NCBI RefSeq assembly: GCF_902459465.1
Contig: NC_047062.1
Span: forward strand, 13,702,001 to 13,766,000
Length of the DNA: 64,000 bases
Source of the DNA: Asterias rubens
Lineage: Eukaryota
Reading direction: 5' to 3'
Part shown: positions 13,501 through 27,849 of the stretch, one piece after another
How positions within the stretch are numbered: position 1 is the first letter of the stretch
Layout: the number at the start of each line of letters is the position of its first letter
Program-made: the position numbers and the translations under genes
The notes under the pieces: model-generated
Told to the model about the DNA's origin: nothing
The model's input: only the letters and a program-made list of their open reading frames with translations
Database searches by the model: none

Positions 13501-13595
13501 GAGTTGACGTCTGTAACTCGCCACACGGTGAGCATGCCGTGGATTGCAAAGAGAGAACGGGCCAGGATGGCCTTTATGACAGATATCATCCCCAT
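10573..13595 (-). CDS. TMEM26: TMEM26-like copy C, intact, 3 exons (13595-13405, 11872-11701, 11211-10573), 333 aa
   Basis: 191+172+639 = 1002 nt in frame, canonical splice sites at the same positions and phases as copy B, same family motifs. Confidence 0.92.
12406..13000. mobile_element. piggyBac-like non-autonomous element in intron 1 of copy C
   Basis: Imperfect TIRs CCCTTTAAACCCTGCACCGCCC / CCATTTAGCCACTGTACCGCCC (reverse complement of right end); absent in copy B; flanked by a 126-bp direct repeat. Confidence 0.65.
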
Positions 13596-14439
13596 CGCAC
13601 TTGTCGGGTCGCAACTAACTCCAATATCGCGTTCTCAAACACGTATCCTGCAAGCAATTTTCCAATAACTGAAATGGTGGCTGTGGTGCAGATCGTCTGT
13701 TGTGTATGATAATTTAGTGTGATTTTAAGTCAGTGGTTGATTTGTTGTACTAACCACGAGTAAACAAAATCGATTGACCAATGCGCCTCCAACTTCTACT
13801 TCACACATCTGTTGCAACTTAGTTTGCTAGTCTCTGCTTTTCAACCTTGTAAACCGTCGGCGTCAACGCTTGATCTACTACGTATATATTTGTATATCCG
13901 GTTGTAGTTCTCGTTTTATTTGCGATACCACTTTTGAACAGAGGTTCAAACTTTCACTCACAGGCATCTAAAAGTTCCATCCGAAAAATTGATGTCTGTT
14001 CAGTAAATACCTCGGGGCAGCCAGTAGAGCATTAAGTTTGAAGGATGAGATTACGTCATTGTGTCTTTTGTAAGAGAGGGATCATGGAGTTACGCATGTT
14101 CTAGGTATTGAGCAGTCTGGTATTGAGGTTATGGTTTTTTATTGAAAGTCCGACCACTTTGGGTTGCAATCGATTTTCAATGGGCCGCTCCACAATAAAG
14201 GGGCAACAACGGTAAATAATACGGTCGCTATGCGACAGTGCCCACCACTGCATGCCCGTCCCACTGCCCGGGCCATTTGTTGACCCATGGAGGTAGAATG
14301 CCATTGCGGACAGCAGACAACACTTTAGAAAATCCGTTGGGGCCAACTTACCCTTTCAAAGTTTCAGTTCGATAGTAAAACCATTTTGGGGCTGATAATC
14401 TGATCATTGCAAAATGTTGTCCCTGTTATCATAGGATCA

Positions 14440-14964
14440 GTGTTGTCCTGTTATCAAGGGACGAGTGTAGATTGGTGTTGTCATGTTATCATGGGACGAG
14501 TGTAGAGTGGTGTTGTCCTGTTATCAAGGGACGAGTGTAGAGTGGTGTTGTCATGTTATCATGGGACGAGTGTAGAGTGGTGTTGTCATGTTATCATGGG
14601 ACGAGTGTAGAGTGGTGTTGTCATGTTATCATGGGACGAGTGTAGAGTGGTGTTGTCATGTTATCATGGGACGAGTGTAGAGTGGTGTTGTCATGTTATC
14701 ATGGGACGAGTGTAGAGTGGTGTTGTCTTGTTATCATGGGACGAGTGTAGAGTGGTGTTGTCCTGTTATCATGGGACGAGTGTAGGGTGGTGTTGTCCTG
14801 TTATCATGGGACGAGTGTAGATTGGTGTTGTCCTGTTATCATGGGACGAGTGTAGAGTGGTGTTGTCCTGTTATCATGGGACGAGTGTAGAGTGGTGTTG
14901 TCTTGTTATCATGGGACGAGTGTAGAGTGGTGTTGTCCTGTTATCATGGGACGAGTGTTGAGTG
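14440..14964 (+). repeat. 35-bp minisatellite x15 (GTGTTGTCCTGTTATCATGGGACGAGTGTAGAGTG)
   Basis: Fifteen head-to-tail near-identical units, no spacers. Confidence 0.97.
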
Positions 14965-15516
14965 GTGACGCAATTTTCTAATGGGCTCCATTTTTTGACT
15001 GGTCCGATGTCGAATGGCACGCATTGAGGGCATATTTTACACGACCTTTTTTCCGTAAATTACTACGTTTTGCTCTTTTAAAAAACTCTTCTTGAAGGTG
15101 ATTGTCTCATTTACTGATAACCAGTGCTGATAATGAAAACGAATCCCCAACTTCGGACTGAAAAAAAATTCAATTTTTTTCCTCCTTCTCAACAATTTCG
15201 TTCAAAAATAATTTGTTTGTACATTCATTATGGTTTGCTTTTGTTGTACACATAATTTTACAATAATCTAAAACACAAATAAGTTACCTTGAAATGGCGA
15301 CGATTTGTCGCACAGGAAGGTTACCACAATTATTTATATATACAACAAAAATTCACGATTAAAGTCAAACATCGATACCACCAGCTCACTCAAACGATCA
15401 GAGCAGACGCACGCTTTCAAATAACCCTAATCTGTAAAATACGATTATCGCAATAGAAGAATATCTCTATAACATTAATACGATTAGTAAACGGGGTGTA
15501 TGCAAGCAACACTTAC

Positions 15517-15980
15517 AGGAACACTTTGCCTTTAAAAGCGTTTGTAACCGTTTGTTATCAAATGCATATGATTGGAAAGATGTTTTAAAATTAGAATACA
15601 ATGATCCACACAAATTTGCTTCGAAATTGAGTGGTTCATATTTCATGCGAATGCGAATGCGAAGCGAATTTGACGTGAATTGACGTCACAACCATCGTTT
15701 CGCAGCAATATTCGCAAGTGAGTCGAGCAGAGGGCAACTGCTGCGAGTTGTTCGTTGCGAATTTGTGACGTTAACATTCGTATCACATTCGCATTCGCAA
15801 GAAGTATGAACCGGGCTTCAGTCGACGAGGTAAAAGGAAAACCACGCAATTTCGAGGCATGTTTGTGTGGATCATTGTATTCTACTTTACAACATCTTTC
15901 TAACCATATGCATTTTATAACAAACGTTTACAAACGCTGCTCACAAGACCAACTCGACCGATCCAAGGCAACGTGTTCCT
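15517..15980. mobile_element. AGGAACACG-type TTAA MITE carrying a nested GCGAAT-repeat MITE (about 15633-15816)
   Basis: Outer sequence matches the 288-bp element at 33623-33910. The inner element has inverted ends GGTTCATATTTCATGCGAATGCGAAT / ATTCGCATTCGCAAGAAGTATGAACC. Confidence 0.75.
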
Positions 15981-16466
15981 TTAATTCAAGCTCGTACTTT
16001 TCAATCGTGGCGACTGCCCTGAAAAGAAACAGATTAATAGAGCGCCTTTAAAACGACATTAATATCTACAAACAAAAAATGATAAAAACAACCGTGCTGG
16101 ACGTCCACGGGTCCAAGGTTTTGTCTAATGCACTGTTTTAGCTGCGGCTGCTGCTTAGGTACTATCCTCCTCGAAACTGCATTTCAAAAGAGCACATTCT
16201 CATTAAAGACACTGTACACATTTGATAATATTGTCAAAGACCAGTCTCTCACTTGGTGTAACTAACATATGCATAAAATAACAAACCTGTGAAAAATTTG
16301 AACTCAATTGGCCGTTGAGGTTGCGAGAGAATAGTGAAAGAAAAAACACCCTTGTCGCACGAAGTGGTGTGCTTTCAGATGCTTGATTTCGGTTGAACAA
16401 TTTCAAATGAACTTTATCGGAATTTAATTCCGTTTATTGGGAAAACATTAATTTAAAAAAAAAACA

Positions 16467-18800
<2,334 letters not shown>

Positions 18801-19109
18801 TGTAAATGTGCTTGGTAATGGTAGTTGAAGTTAGAACGCAATGCTGTTTTGTCTCATGATACATTTTTGAGCATGCAAAAGTTGTGAGTCGAAACGTAGC
18901 CCCCTCCTCACCCTTTTTGTTCCCTTTTCTCAGATACGAAGCATAATTTGTAGGCCTACTCTTAATTTCTTTCTCAGTATATTTCGGCCTTTTTATATAT
19001 TTATTTCTGTGTTTCTGGCGTGTATTTTGTCTTGTTGTTTCTCTGTTTGTGGGCGTATTAGGCTAGTTTTGCTATTTCCTCCTTGATTAGAGTGTAAGAG
19101 CCTATTTAA

Positions 19110-19440
19110 AGTCACCTGGAAGTGGTATTTTTTCAAAATAAAGCTTTTGTCACTAATATAATGTGTTTTGATGAGTGGAATGTGAATAAACAGTTAACTA
19201 AGGTTTTAAAAAATCAGTTCTTATGTTGTTTACAAATTTAAGAGTAGACCCCGACCCGAGAGGGCGCTGTTCTGCCTCGATTGACGTCACAAAAGGGGTA
19301 GGCGGAGTCAGCCCCCCAAACAACTTTATATATTTTTTAAACATATAAATCGTGACAAACAATTACTAAAAAAATTGTTTTATTGTTCGTAAGCATATAC
19401 TCTTAGGTTTGAAAGAAAAAAATTCTATTTCCAGGTGACT
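19110..19440. mobile_element. AGTCACCTGGAA-type TTAA MITE
   Basis: TIR AGTCACCTGGAA...TTCCAGGTGACT; inverted copy at 36501-36800. Confidence 0.8.
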
Positions 19441-20224
19441 TTATATTGTTTGTCTTGATATTCGACCCCATAATTAAAGTAGAACAGAGGAGTCACCGAA
19501 CTTGAAGGGCGCCATGAGGGAAAATCACCACATTCTACCATCAAACATCAATTACACAATTCGGCGGAGGTTTTCTGTTTTAGTTTTTTTGTTTTCTTGT
19601 AACTTCTAGCACCCTCATCGACCCGACGATTACGGGCTACATTACCGGAGTCACTCGACCAAAAGGTCGCGGGTCAGAAGGCAAAGGGCAAGGAGTGAAC
19701 CAATCCAGGGAACCGTCTGCAATCACATCAGGGGACCGCACCGGAGAAAGAATGGAAGTCGGCGCACCAAAAACCGAGATGGCGGACGTTCTTATCTGAA
19801 ACTTTTGCGTTTGTAATCCAAGATGTCGCAGGTTTACGGTTTCAATAGTACAACTTGTTGCGCAATGTTGTAACAACACTCTGGTTCCCTGCTGTATATA
19901 ATTGACAAGGCATGTTAAACCAGCCTGTATATAAAACACACATAAGTCCGATTTACACAAAACTTATGGATATATTTCGTGCGACTAAGGTCTGATGCCA
20001 TGGAGAACGTTCCAAAGAACGTCCCCCAACTGCGTACATTAAAATATAAAAGATCTAAAATCTAAAAATAATTATTATTGTAAAATACAAAGAAAAAAAT
20101 TCACTTCACAACATGGTATCCTAAGGCGATACCACTGTAACTACGGAAAGCTTTGTCCCAATGGATACAGTCACCATCTGCCAATTATAATAAAAAATAA
20201 AATTTAAAAACACAGTCCAGTTAA

Positions 20225-20590
20225 AGACAATGATGGACACTATTGGTTATTGTCAAAGACCAGTCTTCTATCTTGGTGTATCTCAACATTTTGCATGAAA
20301 TATCAAACCTGTGTACATAACTCCATCGAAGTTGCGAGATAATAGTGAAAGAAAAAACACCCTTGTCACACGAAGTTGTGTGCTGTCAGATGCTTGATTT
20401 CGAGACCTCTTATTCTGAGGTTTCGAAATCAAATTCGTAGAAAATTACTTCTTTCTCGAAAACTACGTCACTTCAGAGGGAGCCGTTTCTCACAATGTTT
20501 TAAACTATTAACCGCTCCCCATCACTCATTACCAAGTAAGGTTTTATGCTAATAAGTATTTTGAGTAATTACCAATAGTGTCCACTGCCT
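20225..20590. mobile_element. TTAA MITE, main family (a further partial copy at about 20650-20945)
   Basis: Family TIRs and internal sequence; right TSD mutated to CTAA. Confidence 0.8.
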
Positions 20591-21259
20591 CTAAATCTTG
20601 TTTTGTCTTATTCCTTCATTTTAATGCAAAATCTTAATTTCCATTGTGTCGACCATAAGGCAATGAACACTATAACTCAAAATAATTGTTGGCATAACTT
20701 ATTTTGGAAACAAGCAATGGAGATCCGATGACAGTATAAAACTTATGAGAAACGGCTCCCTCTGAATTGAAACAGTTTATCAGAAAAAGTTCTCTCTCAA
20801 ATATCAAAGACTTCAGACCTGAAGCTTTTTTTGAGGCATCTAAAAGCACATACAATTTGAGAAACAAGGGTGGTTTTTCTTTCACTGTTCTCTTGCAACT
20901 TCGATGACCAATGAGTCCGAATTTACGAAAACAAATTACAAAATACTTACCCCCCCCCCACATGCATTAATAAGATGTTAGGTGTTAAACACAACTTTAA
21001 TCTCATTGGCTATTTTGTGAAAACAAGTCTAGTTATATTGTATGATTCACAAGGCAAAACAAGTTTTTCTCGACACAGTCAAGTCACATATGTGTTGGAA
21101 TAAAGCATTGAGTTCAGTTTAATTTGGGAAGTTATATCATCACTGGGCCTTTATAGTAACTTCGCGGTATTCTGTGTCAGCACTCAGCGCCAGTTTTAAA
21201 TTGAATTATGTTCGTTTGAGAAAAAGAGCTATCGAAACCAACTGGATTGAAACATGGTT

Positions 21260-23008
21260 CTATGCAGGTGCGACACGGTTTGTGTCTCCGAATAGCACGA
21301 TGATCATTCGGTAAAACATAAACATGAGTACTAAGATGTTCTTGATAGTAAAGAACACCATCATCTGATTGAAGACCTTGATTTTAATTAACAGATAGAG
21401 CCTCATAGCCAAGCACGGCCCGTCTTGCATAAGGAGGGTAACACATAACGCCCAGATTTCATTCTCGCAACATCCAAAACATCCGTCGCCAGGTTTGCCC
21501 CCTGGATCATTCCTAACTGCCCTGGCCCTCGGGGCAGACACCGATGTGAGGACCAGGGTGAACTGAACTTAGCTCCAGCTCCATATGCCCAGGATCAATT
21601 TGATCAAGAAAAGATTACAGATGACTTTTTCCTCCTTCAATGTCTCCAAGGAAAACTCCAAGATGTCAGTCGCCATACCGATGTACACCAGGAGGAGTTG
21701 TGAGAGCTGGTCACGTGTGAGGGCGCCCTTCGGGAGAATCCATCTTCCCATGAGAAGCAGAATAAGAAGAATTTGCTCCGGGGCTAGGCCCCAAAAATAG
21801 TTAAACTGAGGTGCAATCTAGAACAGCAGAAAGGAAACATATCACACTTGTGTGCGGCACCTAAATGAAAAACCCAAAGATGTACCTAAATACCACCCTG
21901 AAATTATGTAGCCCAAATTTGCACCCCCAAAATTGTACCTACATGTCACCTGTGCGGCACCTAAATAGAGCCGAGCCCTAAATGTCGCCCGACCAAAATG
22001 TATGCCACAAAGTTGAATGTCGCCCGACACATTAATGTATAATGTTTCACCCTGTACACCCCCGCCAACTCCCCCCCCCCCCCCCTCTCACCACCACCAC
22101 CCTAGTGCCCCCGTTGTTGATATACAAAAAATACAATTTATTATCAGCTTATATTTGGCAGTTTCAATGTTTTCTATTTTTATGTAGACACTGTGGCATA
22201 ACAAATGGGATAGAACGGGGAATGGCGTAAACAAAAACTGCAGTTTTCAGTGGCCACACAAGTCACCCAATATCATGATCCATAAAACATTACCCTACCA
22301 TAAATTGCTCAGTTCAAATTTACAAAAATTTAATGTTATAAAAGTTCGCCTACATGCAACGCAGCCCTCTCTTGTTGAACTAAACAAACTACGTTTGTAA
22401 AGCTTACCCCAGCTATGCCCATTGAACAATTATCCCAGCCCATCGAGTCTCTAAACGCAATCCTCTGTTGGTACATGTCGATGTTCAGAAACCAAATTCC
22501 AGGCACAACGCTGCTGAGATACAGGAACACGCTTGGACAAAACCTTGGAAGAAAAAAAATAATGTTAACTTCGTAGAACACTTTTAATCACAGTTAGTTT
22601 TAATAGTTTGGGAAAGTGTCGTCAAAAAAGGGTTCTCGACGTTAATATCATGTTTATTAGTAAACAAAATATTAATGTTTCTTGTTTGTTTATCAAGCCT
22701 ACAAGGAAACCAACATTTGATGTATTTTTCCATTCTGTTTCCGTGCTTCAGCTAGGGTAAATTATTTTATGAGAAGAGTAGCCTCACATAAACTGCTGAA
22801 TCTATGTATTGTCTTACCATTTCCACTCTCCGTACTTCGTTAAACATAGCGTCAGTATCGTCTCAAATGGTAGAAGAATGACCGGAAGGTTTAACAGAAA
22901 TCTTTTCCAAGGGTCGACGACGTTCCTTACTCGCAATACGGTGACGATGCCGTGTATTGCGAACACTAAACGGACCAGCACGGCCTTGAACAGGGACGCC
23001 CATCCCAT
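21260..23008 (-). pseudogene. TMEM26: TMEM26-like copy E with in-frame premature stop (exons 23008-22818, 22543-22408, 21817-21260)
   Basis: 191+136+558 = 885 nt in frame, but codon TTG (Leu in WSWSLLQ of paralogs) is TAA at 21571-21569. Exon 2 is 33 nt shorter than in D and F. Splice sites are intact. Confidence 0.82.
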
Positions 23009-24346
23009 GGCCGGTGTTTTTGGTGTGTTTTTTGTTTGCAATTAGCGTTCAGCCAATGCAGACAATCATCTTCTGGTGGGTTCAGCCGCAATACCAACAT
23101 TATGGTGAATGGCGTATAATGTGATGCCCGCCTTTTCGTATGTTATTCAATTTCACAGACGAAATACCCCCTGGACTTCGTAGCACAAATACGTCGATGA
23201 TGAAAGTATAGCTCTGACAAAACAAATATTTCTTAGTGAACATTATAGAGGTGAATGATGATTTGTAAAGGGTTTCATTGTGTATCGCGTACCGATATTG
23301 AACTTATTTCTACTTTGGCTGTAAACAAGTTCCGTTTCTTAGCAACATATGCCACGTGATCAGTAGCACATTTAGAGAGTACCTTGGTAACTCGTACGCT
23401 GACGGTAAACACCTTATTCACTAATCAATTCATGCATTCAACCAAGACCATAAGCCCATCCAAGTTGACTGAACGATGTTTGATTTATTGAAATGCTTGT
23501 GATGAAAGGGAAAGTCCCTATTTAAAGGAGCATTCCGGTTTAGCATGTGATTGTGTGATGTAGAATCATGTGCAATGAAGTTGCTTTTTAAAATTATCAG
23601 CAACATGTCACGTAGGCCTATATAACGAACAAGAAACGTTACAAAAAGACAAAAAACCTGTTTAGGTCAGTGTATATACGTTTAATCAACCGAAGCAACT
23701 GTCGAATTAATGTGACATCGTTGAGCAAGCTGTTTCAAGTAGACTGGTGCTCTGCTGTATGTAAATAAATAATCATGCTATAACTAGGCACATTAAACAA
23801 AAAAAATACCCACACCCTTTAATATCAATGTGATGTAATGTCTTCAACAGCTACTTGAGATAAAACTTTGTTAACAGAAAATTCTATTTTGGCTTGCTTA
23901 TAATGTGTGTATTTATCATTTATTGATCATTTGACATGTCTGATTTGTTCGTAATGTCCGTTAAAAAATAGCCCCAACCTAACACACTAAATGCCATTGA
24001 TGCGAGCGTCAAAATGATATAAATATAGTCTAATATTTGACGTCATTGGTGGGCGTTTGCTTTGTTACACCTCGCTGATGCAACAGAGCGACTATACCGT
24101 AAAATGGAGCTCCAACGAATTGCGTAACATGAGTGATAACGTAAATGTAACAGAGCTTTTCGTGAGTCTTTCTGTAAAGCTCAGAAAAAATAGTTTTTTA
24201 AAATTATTGTTTTTCTTACAACTAGAATCTGTTTAAAAACCTCTTGTGAACTTAATTTCCACTCATACTGATTGAAAACACTTCAAATGATACGAATAAC
24301 ACTTAACCTCATTCAATGTGAGTGTTCAGCACTTATTTTATCTAAT

Positions 24347-24488
24347 GGGAGACTTTGGAACGCTAGGTGGCAGCAGACCTACCAGGTAAATTTCCATTGT
24401 TTACGTAGCTCTGAGCATGCGCACATTACCGAGAACAATGGAATTTACCTGGTAGGGCTGCTGCCACCAAGCGTCCCAAAAGTCTCCT
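24347..24488. mobile_element. 142-bp MITE with AT target duplication (ISL2EU-like)
   Basis: TIR GGGAGACTTT...AAAGTCTCCT flanked by AT; inverted copy at 34714-34855. Confidence 0.75.
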
Positions 24489-24571
24489 ATTGGGTAAAGT
24501 TGTGAGGAGGTAACTGAGCGTCAGTTTTAAATTGAATTCCATGCATTGGGGAAACATGAGCTGAACACTCA

Positions 24572-26203
24572 TTAAAGTTCATTTTGCAGTGGTTCTACAG
24601 CGTTAGTGTCTCCACATCGTACGATGATCATTCGATACAACTGCAAAATAATTACTAAGATGTTCTTGAGGGTAAAGAACAACATCATCTGATTGATGAT
24701 ATTGAACTCAATCAAAAGGTAGAGCCTCATAGCCAAGAACGGCCCGTCTTGCATTAAGATGGTGATCCATAGAGCCCAGATTTCATTCTCGCAACATCCC
24801 AAGCATCCCTTGCAAGATTTGCCCCCAGAGATCTTAGCTGCCCTGGCTCTCGGGGCAGACACAGAGGTGAGGACCAGGGTGAACTGAAGCAAGCTCCAGC
24901 TCCATAGACCCAGGATCAAAATAATCAAGAAAAGGTTACAGATGACCGCTTGCTCCTTCAATGTCTCCAAGGAAAACTCCAAAATGTCAGCCGCCATGCC
25001 GATGTACACAAGGAGGAGTTGTGAGAGCTGGTCACGTGTGAGGGCGCCCTTGGGGAGGAGCCATCTTCCCAGGAGAAGAAGAGCAAGAAGGAATTGCTCC
25101 AGGGCCAAGCTCCATGAATCGTCTGACAAGGCAAGTGGAACTACAACCTGGAACTGAGAGGATACACCGTCAAAAACAAAAATCCATATGATTGCAGTTC
25201 ACACTGTTGTACTCAATATAGTAAATTTTAAAATTATAATTCTCTTCGCAACTCAAAGTACAAAGTTTAAAAACATCTTGGATAGTAGTGCTCCCCTTTA
25301 AAATATAGAGAACACAATGTTACGGTGATAAGCTTTCTGTGGTAACTTCATGCTTAAGTGTCTTAATTAGTAAGTCAAAACGTATATACACTTTGGGGAA
25401 TGCAAAGAGGAACTGGTTTGAATTTGCCAGGAAAGTGCACCCCAAGAAAAGGATGGAGCACCCAATGTGACCGCCCTTGTGGCCCTTTCGTCGCTGCTAA
25501 ACGTTTCTAAAGTACCGTACATGCAACGAAAGGTTTCTTGTTGAACTAAAAAAGTTTAAGTTCCATATGTAAACTTACCCCAGCTACGTCAGCACTGACT
25601 AAAGATTCATTATAAGCGGTGTCCGTTGAACAATCTTCCCAGCCCATCGAGTCTCTATACTCAATCCTCTTTTCGTAAATGTCGAAGTTCAGAAACCAAA
25701 TTCCAGGCACAACGCTGCTCAGATACAGGAACACACTTGGACAAAACCTTGGAACATTAATTAGAAAACGTACAATACAGTTTTACTGGGGGTTTGGAGA
25801 AAATTAATACACGATACCGCGTCACTGAGTCGCATAACTTTGAGGAACAATTACAGTTTGTTTTAACAGTTCTGGGAAACTATTTAAATCATGACCACTA
25901 CGATGACAAAATGTATGTTTTGATTGAATCAATTTGTATAAATTGTACATTATCTCATGCTTCATCTATTATTTATATATGACAAGGGTAGTAAACATAG
26001 AAACGTTCTTACCATTTCCACTCTCCGTCGTCCGTTAATTTTAGCGTCAGTATCATCTCCAATGGTAGAAGACAAACCGGAATGATCAGCAAATAGTACA
26101 AGGGGTCCAAATTGATGTCCGTAACTCGCCACACGGTGATGATGCCGTGGATTGCGAAGAGAGACCGGGCCAGAAGGGCCTTGAAAAGGGACACCCATCC
26201 CAT
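24572..26203 (-). CDS. TMEM26: TMEM26-like copy F, intact, 3 exons (26203-26013, 25747-25579, 25153-24572), 313 aa
   Basis: 191+169+582 = 942 nt in frame, canonical GT-AG sites, same family motifs. Confidence 0.92.
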
Positions 26204-27017
26204 TATCGGAGTTCCGCAATGTGAAATCCTCTCATCAGTTCAGCAGCCGCAATTAGGCCTAGTCGCTTATGGTGTCGGCGTATAACAATGTGCAATGCCT
26301 TTTTGTGTTGTACTGTTATTCAACTTATCACAGACAAAAAATACCCCCCATAAACCTTATACTAGAGCCGCTTTTAAAAACGTTGATTTTGTATGGGTTT
26401 TAGTCTGTACGCGTACCGGTATTGAACTTGTCTCACTTCGAGTGGCATGGCCGTAAACAAGTCCCGTTTCTTAGCAATAAGTAGTAAAAACCAGTAGTAC
26501 AATAAGAGAGTAACTTGGTAACACGTACAATGACGGTAAACACCCTATTCACCCAAACAAATCAAGTATTCAACCGTGACCGTGAACTTGCTAACCACAT
26601 GAAACCATGAAGCTGATTGAATATTATTTGATTTATTTGTATCTTATCATTGTGAGAAAAGTGATGAAAGGGAAAATTGCAATTTAAAGGCAGAGGACAC
26701 TATTGGTAACTACTCAACGAAAGTCCACGTTCACCATTGTTAGCATAAAAACTTAATTGGTAATCAAGAATCTGAAAGCACACAACTTCGTGTGACAAGG
26801 GTGTTACGTGAATCAATAATTACAATCATAAGCCATGAATTTGTTTTCTAAATTATCAGCAAAATGTCTCGTAATTAATGAGAAACGTTTTGACAATAGA
26901 TGCAGACGATCCGTCCATGAAACTGTGCTCCTGGGCGCACAACAATTTAAGAAATTATCGTTTGCAGTACCCGCTGCTAAACAATAGGATTCGAACTGCC
27001 TCTAGCTACCGGGCAAT

Positions 27018-27160
27018 CTCGGTGGTCTAGTTGGTATGACACTGCTCTAGAATTGCAAGGGTCGTGGGTTCGAATCCCACCCGAGTAAAATGCCTGTGAT
27101 TTTTTCACAGGACTCGGGGAAAGGACATCAGTGTATATGGGTAAAACCAAAAATTAATAT
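27018..27160 (+). mobile_element. tRNA-derived SINE
   Basis: A box TGGTCTAGTTGG, B box GGTTCGAATCC, CTCGG/CCGAG stem, non-canonical anticodon arm, and a tail (tgcctgtgattttt...actcggg...) shared with the inverted copy at 37285-37423. Confidence 0.8.
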
Positions 27161-27849
27161 AATTTAAGAAATATTACAAATTTATAAGAAAATACAGTTA
27201 GAAAGTATAGGCCTAGTCGGTACCTGTACACTTAACCAAGTGAACCGAAACCACCATTAATTATTTAATTTCAATGAATTAAGTACACATAAAGAGACCC
27301 ATTACACAGCAAATCTGTTCAAGCGAATAGTGGAGCAGTTTTGGGAAATATTTGGGGAAGTACCATTAGTTTATCGTGACTTTGCATCTGGTATTATATG
27401 CTAAGTTCAAAGGACAAATACCTATTCCCCGCCACACTCTTTACACTGTGTGCCAAATTGCATATACCTGTGTCATCCTATGTCGTGCGCAAAGAGCTAT
27501 TATTTATGTCTGCGGTGGTGCTTGGGGAAACCCCACCACTGTAGGGAATTTCCATAGAATCCCTTGAATTGGATAAATACAATGGGTTGGCCATGCGGTT
27601 TGTCACAACGATTTCAACACAAATTGCAACACCATTATTACAGCACTGGGTCTGGTTCTCCTCAATGTGTGGCTCATATGGGATAATTTGATATGAATAT
27701 TTCATTTGTTAATTAGTGCCTATACTCTTTTTGTTTGTACCTGTTTCCAAGCAACCGTTGGGCCTAAAATGACGTACATTCTACCAAAACATTTACACGG
27801 ACGACACTGAAAAAGCAGCTTCCGGGATCCACACAGTATATTAATTAAG

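Noticed and set aside
14440-14964. 35-bp repeat as a CRISPR array
   Set aside because: Units are contiguous with no unique spacers; eukaryotic context; no cas genes.
27018-27085. tRNA gene
   Set aside because: Anticodon arm does not form a canonical 5-bp stem/7-nt loop, and a SINE tail shared with 37285-37423 follows.
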